32,000 nt of DNA from Demequinaceae bacterium (GTDB taxonomy: Bacteria; Actinomycetota; Actinomycetes; Actinomycetales; Demequinaceae). Shown here piece by piece: positions 1-9,500 of the stretch. The notes under the pieces are model-generated. The model worked only from the letters and a program-made list of their open reading frames with translations. It was not told where the DNA came from and ran no database searches. The stretch's first letter is position 1. Every line of letters begins with the position of its first letter. The DNA lies in NCBI GenBank assembly GCA_965250005.1, contig OZ252279.1, positions 1,620,001 to 1,652,000 on the forward strand, given 5' to 3'. Both the position numbers and the translations under genes were made by a program.

Positions 1-240
1 GGGATCCGGCGGTTCGGACGCATCTACTTCTACGTCTACGCGGGGATCGTCACCATCACCGGACTAGTGCTGCTCGCGGTGGGCTCGCCGCTGAGTTTCG
101 ATGTGACCTACATCGGAGCGAACGTGGGTTACCCGCTCATGGTGCCGGTGTTCATCGCGTTCATGGTTGCGGGCACTCGTGCGCGCCTGCGCGAGTTGCG
201 GCCAACTCCCGAGCCTGAGACGGTTAACGTGGGGGCCTGA
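1..240 (+). CDS. C-terminal fragment of an integral membrane protein (5' end outside window)
   Basis: Frame 1 is open from base 1 to TGA 238-240. Translation GIRRFGRIYFYVYAGIVTITGLVLLAVGSPLSFDVTYIGANVGYPLMVPVFIAFMVAGTRARLRELRP... has two helix-length hydrophobic stretches. It is absent from the ORF track because no start lies in the window. Confidence 0.5.
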   Translation, partial: GIRRFGRIYFYVYAGIVTITGLVLLAVGSPLSFDVTYIGANVGYPLMVPVFIAFMVAGTRARLRELRPTPEPETVNVGA

Positions 241-269
241 ACAGGCGCCATGTCGCAGGCGCCGCGGCG

Positions 270-875
270 CTAGTCGGGCGTGACGACGCGCCAGCGGGTG
301 AGTCGGAACAACACGGCGCCGATCGCCGTGCCGACCAGCAACATGCTGGCCACAATTACGCCGATGCTCGCGTAGCCAGTCTCTGGCTCAAGGAACGGGT
401 ACGGCGCCCAGCCGTCGGTCGCGCCGCGGATCAGCACCACGGTGATCCACAACACCGGATACAGAAGTACCACCCACACATGCCTGATTGGGTGCTCCTT
501 CTTTGGCCCCTCGAGAAGCCAATCGGCAAGCAGGAGTGCGCACGCTCCGCCGTGCATGATCGCGGTAGACCAGATCACGGGGTCGCCGTCCTCGAAGCCT
601 CCCAGCAGCAGCCAGTAGACCGCTGTCACCACCACCAAATACGTTGCGACGCTCGCGCGGGCATATTCGATCCAGACGGGTCGCGTTTGGCCAGTGCGGG
701 GGAGCGCGATCAGCAGCACTACGATCGCGAGGATGTTGCTCTGCTGGGAGAAATACCCGTAGGTGTCGAAGAATGCGAAGTAGCCCAGAGTCACGTGCTT
801 GTACGCGTTTCCGATGAGGGCCGCGAAGATGAGCATGGCGCTGACAATGCGCCAAGTACGTGCGATGGTGAGCAT
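270..875 (-). CDS. Pr6Pr/FAR-17a-AIG1-like family integral membrane protein
   Basis: 201-aa ORF with about six hydrophobic helices. The motif YFSQQSNILAIVV and the overall layout resemble Pr6Pr-type membrane proteins as I recall them. Confidence 0.6.
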   Translation of the reverse strand: MLTIARTWRIVSAMLIFAALIGNAYKHVTLGYFAFFDTYGYFSQQSNILAIVVLLIALPRTGQTRPVWIEYARASVATYLVVVTAVYWLLLGGFEDGDPVIWSTAIMHGGACALLLADWLLEGPKKEHPIRHVWVVLLYPVLWITVVLIRGATDGWAPYPFLEPETGYASIGVIVASMLLVGTAIGAVLFRLTRWRVVTPD

Positions 876-896
876 ATAGGCGATCTTACGGGCGCG

Positions 897-1745
897 CTAC
901 ATCTCCTCGTGTGTGTTCGGGTCGCCCCCAAACAGGCGGCCGTCGGCCCGCGTGAGGGCGGAGATCGCGACCACCTCCGCGTCGGACAGTTCGAAGCCGA
1001 AGACGTCGAGGTTCTCTTGCTGACGCTCGGGGGTCGCGGACTTGGGCAGCGGTACCGCACCAATCTGGACCTGCCAGCGGAGAATCACCTGCGCGGGCGT
1101 CACGCCGTGGGCGGTCGCAGGGTTGGCGATAGTGGGCTCGGCGTAGGGGGCATTGTGCTTGCCCAGCGGGCTCCATGATTGGGTGACGATGCCCAGGCGC
1201 GCATGCTCCGCGCGTAGGTCGGCCTGCGGGAAGTGCGGGTGTAATTCAACCTGATTCACGGCCGGCGTCACGCCGGTGTCCTCAATGATGTGGGCGAGGT
1301 GCTCGGCCGTGAAGTTGCTGACGCCGATGCTCCGGGCGACGCCCCGCTTCTGCAGTTCGACGAGCGCGCGCCATGCGTCGCGGTACTTTCCGGTGATGGG
1401 GTTGGGCCAGTGGATGAGAAGCATGTCGATGCGGTCCAGGCCGAGCAGCTCGAGCGAAGATTGGCCCGCCTGGAGCGCGAGCTCGTAGTCGTGATGACGG
1501 CCAGGGATTTTGGTTTGCACGGTGAGTTCGTCGCGCGCGATGCCGGAGTCCTTGAGGAAGTCCGACGCCGCGTGCCCCACCTCGGCCTCGTTCTGGTAGT
1601 TCACCGCGGAGTCGAGCAGGCGGTAGCCATTGTCTAGTGCCGCGCGCATGGCGACCAAGCCGCGATCACCCCGGAGCGGGTACGTGCCAAAGCCGATCGC
1701 GGGAATCGAGTGGCCGTCGTTGAGCGTGAACTGGGGCGTCGTCAT
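897..1745 (-). CDS. aldo/keto reductase (2,5-diketo-D-gluconate reductase-like)
   Basis: 282-aa ORF. N-terminus is LNDGHSIPAIGFGTYPL. The AKR tetrad context is present: LDSAVNYQNE (D,Y), QTKIP (K), LIHWP (H). GVSNF and LRWQVQ motifs are also present. Confidence 0.9.
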   Translation of the reverse strand: MTTPQFTLNDGHSIPAIGFGTYPLRGDRGLVAMRAALDNGYRLLDSAVNYQNEAEVGHAASDFLKDSGIARDELTVQTKIPGRHHDYELALQAGQSSLELLGLDRIDMLLIHWPNPITGKYRDAWRALVELQKRGVARSIGVSNFTAEHLAHIIEDTGVTPAVNQVELHPHFPQADLRAEHARLGIVTQSWSPLGKHNAPYAEPTIANPATAHGVTPAQVILRWQVQIGAVPLPKSATPERQQENLDVFGFELSDAEVVAISALTRADGRLFGGDPNTHEEM

Positions 1746-1767
1746 GCGGCTAGCCTACGGCGCGGCG

Positions 1768-2904
1768 TCAGGCGAAGCTGAATGCGGGTGGGACCACTAC
1801 AACGACGATCAAGACCCACGCCGTGTAGACCCAAACCATTCGCGTCTGCCACGTGTCGAGTGTGGCGAACGGCGTGTTGAGGTGGAGCATGACGTGGCCG
1901 ATCCACGACGTCCAGAAGAAGTTTGCGAACACGATGACTGCCATGCCCAAGACCACGATCCGGTTGGGCGTGAAGCCCCACTGGGCGATGCGGGCGAGGG
2001 CCACCGCGATCACTACCCCGGCCATTGACCACGCGCACACGATCAGCGTGAACTGCACGCGGTCGATAAAGTGCACTCGTTTCGATGGGCCCCGCGCGGC
2101 CACAGAGTAGATGAGTAGTGTCAACACAAAGAGGAGAAGCAAGGACATTAGGATGAGGGCGTCGCGGTTGATCGACACGTGATTCCGCGTGAGGACGGTG
2201 GTGGCGAGCACAGCGAGCAGTAGGAGTGTGGATAGCGAGACCAGCACTTGGGCGACTGGGCGCGCGAGGGTTGCGACGCCGGTCCGCTGAGTTTCGACTA
2301 GGAACGCCGCGACCACCACGGCGCCTACGGCGCCGCACGGGAGCAGCCAGTTGTCGACGAAGACCGTCGCGTCGATTTCGAGAAAACTGAATGACCCGAC
2401 GGTGAGCCCCGCGAGGAGCGCGCCCGCGAGCGCGAAAACGCCCATGTACGCGAGCCACTCGCCGGAGAAGCGGAAGAAGTCCATGCGCTTGTCATGGGAT
2501 CTCCACGCGCCGCCCGCGTGAGCTACGCCTACTGCGAGCCACAGCAGGATGGCCAGGTGCAGGCCCGTGAGGATTTCGGTTTGGCCGGAGGGCTGGTAGG
2601 GGTAGGCGTTCGCAAGAAGCGCGGCGGCGGCGAATACGCCCGTGAGAATCCACCGGACCCGCGCCGTGAGGTGCCGCTTCCAGGCGAAGTAGATAGCGAC
2701 TGGCGCGAGCGCGACTAGCGCACCGTTGCGAAAGAAAACTCCGGCGTCGTCGGCCAGAGAGAGGTCTAAGAGCCAGAAGGCCTTGAGGGCCAGCGCCGCG
2801 CCAACGGCCAGCGCACCGACAATCAGAAACTCCCGGGTGGAAACCGTCCGTTCGGAAACCGGGAGGGCGGCAACGTCTGCCTTGGACCGTGCCACAGTGC
2901 GCAT
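1768..2904 (-). CDS. multi-pass integral membrane protein, function unknown
   Basis: 378-aa ORF with about 10 hydrophobic segments and no motif I can name. It is divergent from the rhs gene. Confidence 0.6.
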   Translation of the reverse strand: MRTVARSKADVAALPVSERTVSTREFLIVGALAVGAALALKAFWLLDLSLADDAGVFFRNGALVALAPVAIYFAWKRHLTARVRWILTGVFAAAALLANAYPYQPSGQTEILTGLHLAILLWLAVGVAHAGGAWRSHDKRMDFFRFSGEWLAYMGVFALAGALLAGLTVGSFSFLEIDATVFVDNWLLPCGAVGAVVVAAFLVETQRTGVATLARPVAQVLVSLSTLLLLAVLATTVLTRNHVSINRDALILMSLLLLFVLTLLIYSVAARGPSKRVHFIDRVQFTLIVCAWSMAGVVIAVALARIAQWGFTPNRIVVLGMAVIVFANFFWTSWIGHVMLHLNTPFATLDTWQTRMVWVYTAWVLIVVVVVPPAFSFA

Positions 2905-3488
2905 CCTTTGTTCGAGCCAGCGTGTTCTGCCGCTACTCTACTGGCGCGGCAAGGGGATGGTTAGCGAGATTCCCACGCCTGTGCCGGACGCGTCGATCCA
3001 GCGCTCCTCGGTCGGGGAGCACTCCGTTGCATTCCAGGCGAACTTGCTCGAGCCAGGGTCTCCTGCAATCGGAAGATTCGTGTTGAGGCAGTCAATCGCT
3101 CCGTGGATGATACCGGCGATGGTGCACGATGCTGCGGCGGGCGCGGAACAAGCGGCGAGAGCTTCACGCGCGATGGCATCAATGAGGCGATCATTTCTCG
3201 CGGCGGCGCTGCTGGAGGGTGGTCCGGCGGCGCTCTAGCCGCCGCCGCACTTATCCCCTTTAATCCACAGGTGCCTGATAGTCGCGGCATTTCATTGTGA
3301 TTTTGGTCACGCGTTGGAGAGTTTCGGAGCCGATATTGTTGGGGTGTTACGTCACGAATGGTGTCAAACTGGACCGAGTATTTGATCGGCCCGCAGATTT
3401 TCGCTGAGACAATTCGCGTCACCTCTGTCATAGTCTCAACCGAACGCTATTGTTGTTTCTCGGAAACCGACAGTTCCTGAGGGGAATT

Positions 3489-3569
3489 ATGTCCACCGCC
3501 GTTCGCTTTGCCCTGACTACCACTCTGACCGCCGCGCTAGTCGCTGGCGTCGTCACTCCGGTCTATGCC
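3489..3569 (+). other. Sec-type signal peptide of Rhs protein
   Basis: It has a basic residue (R6), a hydrophobic core LTTTLTAALVAGVV, and a VYA/T cleavage-like site. Confidence 0.6.
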
Positions 3570-6500
3570 ACGGATGACTCACTGCTGGTCGAGGGTGAGT
3601 CCACCAGCATCGCTTTGCCTGAGGGTGGCGAGGTGGATTTCAATGTGGTTGACCAGGCCACGGACGGTGCGACCGTCGAGGCGGAGCCCATCGAGGTGGA
3701 GGGCGCGACTGCCGAGACCGCCGATGGTGCGGTCGTGTCTCTGACTGACGGTGTGTCGATTGTTGCGACGGATGCTGTGGGCGGGGACGTCACGGAGTTC
3801 GAGCACCAGGTGACTGTTGTCGAGGAGACCGAGGACACTCCGGCCTATGTCTCTGAGTTTGTTCCTGCCATCGAGTTGACCTTCCCCATCTCTGAAGAGC
3901 AGTTGTCGGAGGTCGATGTGGCCTCCCTCGGTGTCTACTCCCGCGAGTCGGAAGATGACGAGTGGACGTGGGTCCCCTCGGCCTACGACCCGGAACTGGG
4001 TGCCGTGGTTGCGCAATCGGATCATTTGAGTGAGTTCATTGTTATGGCGGCACCAGCCGCAGCCGTGCCGGACCCGACCATCCCGCGCATCGCGTTGGAC
4101 CCAGATGATGCGCTTGGCAGGGCCCTGTGGAATGGGCACGTGTACAACGAGCTTCAGTTCAGCCACGCTGTCGCAACCGCCGTCAAGGCCAGGCTCGAGA
4201 ACGAATGCTTGGCAGAAGTCCTCATCACCCGCAATTCCTCGACGGCATTTGTTGCGCGGACTACTCGCTCAAACCGCATCCGGAACTTCGACGCGGATAT
4301 CGCGATGACCCTCGCATTCAATAACTACAACACCGCGTCAGACGGCATCGCCCGCCCGTGGGGTATCAGCAGGGACGGCGGAGTGGTCGCGTGGTCCGCG
4401 AGCAACAGTGCGAGCACCCGGCTGGGTAACAACACCAAGACTCAGATTGTGAACTGGACGGGGCGCCCCGACCGCCGCGGGCTTAACCCTCCAAGTTCGG
4501 TGTTGCCTTACAGCCAGCTTGTCGGGTCGGCCCCGGCGTACGCACACGCAGAACTCCTGTTCCTCAGCCACAACTACGACTGGCCGATTATCAGCACGCG
4601 GCTTGATCTGGTGACCGACGCTGTGTATTCCAGCATCATTCAGCAAATCGAAGCAACGGGCGGGATCGCCTGCGCCGAGCCCGTGACACTGCCGACGCCG
4701 CCCACGCAAGACGTGCTCGACGATCTCGCTCAGCTGGGCGAAAACAACTACCAGATTTATGGCACGGACCCGGTCAACCTCGCGACAGGTAACTTCCTCG
4801 CCTCAGAAGAGGTGTTCACCCTCTCGGGCGTCGGCGACCAGGTCATCGACCTGACCCTCGCCTACAACGCGCTCGATGGGCGCGTCTCACCGGTTGGCAA
4901 CGGTTGGAACTTTGGGTATTCGTCCCGGGCGCAGTTGTATGACAACGGCGCTGTCATGGCGATCCTCGCGGACGGTCGCAGCGTGTACTTCGAGTCCGAC
5001 GGCGCAGGCGGGTTCGTGACGCCTCCCGGCGCGCGCAGCACCCTTGCCGCAGTCGAGGGCGGAGCTGTGCTGACCTTTGCCGATAATACGTCGCTTGAGT
5101 TCACGTTCGACGAGGAGTCCGGGTACGGAACGCTGGCCCGCGCGGTGGACCGCCAAGGCAACGCCTACACGCTGGTTTATGGACCGCTCGCCGAGGCCGC
5201 GGAAGGCGAGTACACGTTCCCGCCGTTGCAGAGCATCACGGACCAGGCTGGCCAGACGGTCGCGGTCCAGTCCACGCCCGAGGGCCGCATCACAGGCTTC
5301 ACGCACCCGGACGGCCGCGAGTGGACACTCGCCTACGACGCCGCAGGCAACCTGACAGCGATTACGGACGGCGCCAACCGCACCCGCTCCTTCGCGTACA
5401 ATGCTGACGGCCTCCTCGAAGTTGTCACCGGAGCCGACGGCGTCGCGGAGCTCACTAATGTGTTCGATACCGAGCAGCGTGTGGTCATCCAGACTGATGG
5501 TGCGGGCTATGTTCGCACTATCGCCTACGGCCCTAACCGTGAAACCACGCTCACCGATGCCCTAGGCAACGCGAGCACGCTGACGCACAACGACAAGAAC
5601 CAGGTGGTCCGGGCCCTCGACGCCGAGGGCGGCGAGACCGTTACCGGCTACGACGAGTTCTACAACCCGAACACGTCGACTGACGCGAACGGCAACGTCT
5701 TCACATCGGAATTCGACGTCTATGGCCGCGTGAAGTCGTCCACCAACGCTCTGGGCGAGACCACCACATATGGTTACAACCCCCGCGGCGACCTCGTGTC
5801 GATCGCATCGCCGGATCCAAACGGCGGCACCGCTACCACCAGCTTTGTCCTCAACGAGGACGGCCGCGCAATCGAGACTCACCTGCCTGATGGCACCGTC
5901 ACGTATGCGTCCTTCGACGCGCACGGCGACATGACAAGCATCACGGACGCCACTGGTGCCGTGACCACCATGGCCTACGACTGGCGGGGAAACTCTGTTG
6001 CCACAACGGATGCGCTCGGCAACGCGACCACGCGCACGTACGACCTGGCGAACCGCCTCACCTCCGTCACGGATGCGACAAGCGCGACAACAACGCTCGC
6101 GTATGACGCAGCCGACAATCTGATCAGTACCCTCGATGCGCTCGGCGGCGTCGCCACGTTTGTTTATGACGTGAACGACTCGCTTGTGCGTGAAACTAAC
6201 GAGGCTGGCGAAACAGCAACCTACGAGTACAACGTCAACCTCCAGCTCACCGCGGCGAACCGCCCCGACGGCTCGCGCATGGAGTACGCGTACGACGCGG
6301 AGCACCGCATGGTCGCGCAAACCAACCCGGACGGCACGCGCCGCACGTGGGAGTACGACGGCCTGGGCCGCGCCACCGTCATGGTGGACGAGGCAGGCGC
6401 ACGCTGGCTCACGGAATACGACGCGATCGGCAACCCCGTCGCTTCCATCGACCCGAGCGGTGCCCGCAGTGAGGTTGACTACGACGCACTGTCGCGCCCG

Positions 6501-9500
6501 GTGACGTTCACCGACGCCCTCGGCAACGCCGACACTGTCACCTACCTACCCGGCGGAGCTGCAGGGAGCCAAACCGATGCGCTCGGTCGCACGTTGAGCT
6601 ACGGCTACGACGTGATGGGCCGACTGGAGTCGGTGACCACGCAGGACGGCGAGACCCGCGCTTACAGCTACGACGCGAACGGCTGGCTCGTGTCGGCCAC
6701 CGACGCGCGCGGCTTCACGGAGACGTATGTGACCGACGCGCTCGGTCGCGAGGTGTCGATGACAGACGCGCTGGGCAGCCTCTGGCGTACCGAATACGAC
6801 GTGCTTGGCAACACGACCGCGACGGTTGACGCGCTGGGCAATCGCACGGAAATCGACTACGACGCTCTGTCGCGCCCGGTCGCGACCACTGACGCGCTCG
6901 GCGCTCACGCGACCTTCACGTTCGACCCGGTAGGCCGCGCCACGTCGGAGACAAACAAGAACGGCAACGCCGTCAGCTACGAGTACGACACACTCGGTCG
7001 CCTCACCCGCACCACGTACCCGGACGGCTCCACGGCCAGCACCACGTACAACGCCCGCGGTCTAGCGGTCGGGACGGTGGGGACGCGCGGATTCGCTACC
7101 GCCTACGAGTACGACGCCCGCAGCATGCAAACGGCGATGGTGGACGAGGCCGGCGAACGCTGGCTGTCCGAGTACGACTCGCGCGGCAACCTAGTGGCGA
7201 ACATCGACCCCGCCGGCGGGCGGACCGAGTTTGACTACGACGCACTCTCGCGCCGAGTAGCGACCACCGACCAGGTGGGCGCACACACCGCGTTCACATA
7301 CGACGCTGCAGGGCAGATGACGTCCTCCACTGACGCGCTGGGCAACAGCACCGCTTACACTTTCGACGCGATGGGCCGCGCGGCAACGATGACGACCGCC
7401 GACGGCGCAACCGTCGCCTACGCGTACGACCTGAACGGCAACGTGACCTCGTTTACCAACCAGCGCGGCTTCACGGAGACCTACCTGCTTGACCCGCTGG
7501 ACCGCATGGTGTCGCGCACAGACACCCTTGGCGGCACATGGGCCACCGAATTTGATGCGCTAGGCAACGCGACCGCAACGGTGGACCCACTAGGGAACCG
7601 GACTGAGGCGACCTATGACGCACTGTCGCGCATAGTCGGCCTGACGGACGCGCTCGCCGGTGAGGCGACCTTCACGTACGATGCCCTCGGCGCTCGCACG
7701 TCCACCACAAACGCGCTCGGCCAGACTACGTCCCTTACGTACGACTCGCTCGGGCGTCCGGTCGGATCGACGTTCGCGGATGGCACCACCGCCAGCAACG
7801 TCTACGACGCCGGTGGCCTGAAGGTGACGTCAACCGATCAGCGCGGCAACGCGATGTCCTACGAATACGACGCGCGTGGCCTTCAGGTCGCGAGCGTTGA
7901 TACCGCGGGTGAACGCTGGCTCACCGAGTACGACTCGCGCGGCAACGTCACGGCTTCGGTTGACCCCCTCAGCGCCCGTTCAACAGCGCAATACGATGCG
8001 GCCTCGCGCCCCGTCGCCGTGGTCAACGCCGTCGGCTCCCAGAGCACTTTCGCCTACGACGCGCTCGGACAGATGATTACATCCACCAACGCCCTAGGCG
8101 ACACCACCGCGTACACCTACGACGCCATGCAGCGTATGGTCACCATGACCACTCCCGAAGGCGCCACAAGCCAGTACGGCTACGACGCCAACGGAAACAC
8201 CACCTCAATCACCAACGCGCTCGGCGATGTCCTTGCCACCGAATACGACGCCGCAGGCCGCGCGATTGCTACGGTGCTCCCTGACGGCGGCCGTACTGAG
8301 ACCGCGCGCGACGCCCTGGGACGCGAAGTCGCCACGACCGACGCCCGAGGAAACACCACCGCCGTCACATATGACGCGCTTGGTCGCCCGACGCTCGTCC
8401 TCGACGCAGCAGGCTTCGCCACGACCGCAACCTACGACGCGGGCGGCAACCGCCTGTCAACGACGGACGCCCGCGGTGGGACCACCGGGTTCGTCTATGA
8501 CGTGATGAACAGGCTCGTGTCAACCACCAACGCCGAAGGCGAAACCCGCACGCAGGCGTACGACACGGCAGGCAACATCACCGAAGCGATAGACCCCTCG
8601 GGTATCGCTACCCACTTCACCTATGACGTGCGCAACCTCCTGACCGAGACAGTCGAGAACTTCTTGCCGGCCGAGCCGTCCAGCGAGTCCGTCAACGTGA
8701 CGACCTCGGTGAGCTACGACGCCCGCGGCGACGCAGTCGCGACAGTCGACCCGCGCGGCAACGCCACCCTGTTTGAGCGCGACGCGCTCGGCCGCGTGGA
8801 GACAGAAACAGACGCGCTCGGTCAAACCAGCACCGTCGACTTCGACGCCCTGGGCCGCCCGTCCGTGGTGACCGCACCGGACGGTTCGGTGACGGCCACC
8901 ACGTTCTCGGCTGATGGCTACGCGGTTGAGGTCGCGTATCCGGACCAGACGGTGACATCCGGCTTTGACGCGCTGGGCAACCGCACGTCGATGACCGACG
9001 ATCTCGGCACCTCGTCGTGGACGTACGACTGGGCCTCACGGGTCACGGTCGCCGTGGACGCGCTTGGCCAGAAGAACACGAACCAGTACGACCTCGCAGG
9101 CAACCAGACGCGGGTGGCGTACGACGATGGCCGCTCGCTGCTGCGCACGTACGATGCGCGCAACCTTGCGGTGTCGCAGTCGGATGCGAACGGTGTCGCC
9201 GCGTTTGGTTACGACGAGGTTGGTGCCTTGGTCGGTATCCTCCGCCCGTCGGGTGTGGAGACAGAGATTTCGCGCGACCTGGTGGGTCGGGTGACGGCGA
9301 TTGTTCACGCCGGTGAGGGTGTTGTGGGTAATAAGTTGCCTTCGGGTGAGGTGAATCCGTCTTCGATGGCTCCGGGGAATGCGTTTGGGCATTGCAAGGA
9401 CAACGGTAATGGTCACCCGAATCAGCAGCCTGCGGGTTGTTCGACTGGGACGTTGGCGTTCGAGTATGCGTATGACGCGCGTGGCCTGGTGGACGAGCGG

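Noticed and set aside
2938-3234. A 98-codon open frame on the minus strand just upstream of the membrane-protein gene (…RLIDAIAREALAACSAPAAASCTIAGIIHGAIDCLNTNLPIAGDPGSSKFAWNATECSPTEERW…).
   Set aside because: It looks protein-like but has no ATG/GTG/TTG until its last few codons. It could be a gene remnant, but I cannot support a call. The competing + strand ORF (2957-3238) is no more convincing.
5562-6320. Long antisense and alternate-frame ORFs inside rhs (e.g. 5562-6320, 9036-9710, 9888-10478, 3579-4166).
   Set aside because: Their translations are Arg/Gly/Val-rich and low-complexity, as expected for off-frame ORFs in high-GC DNA. They are fully nested in a much stronger coding frame.
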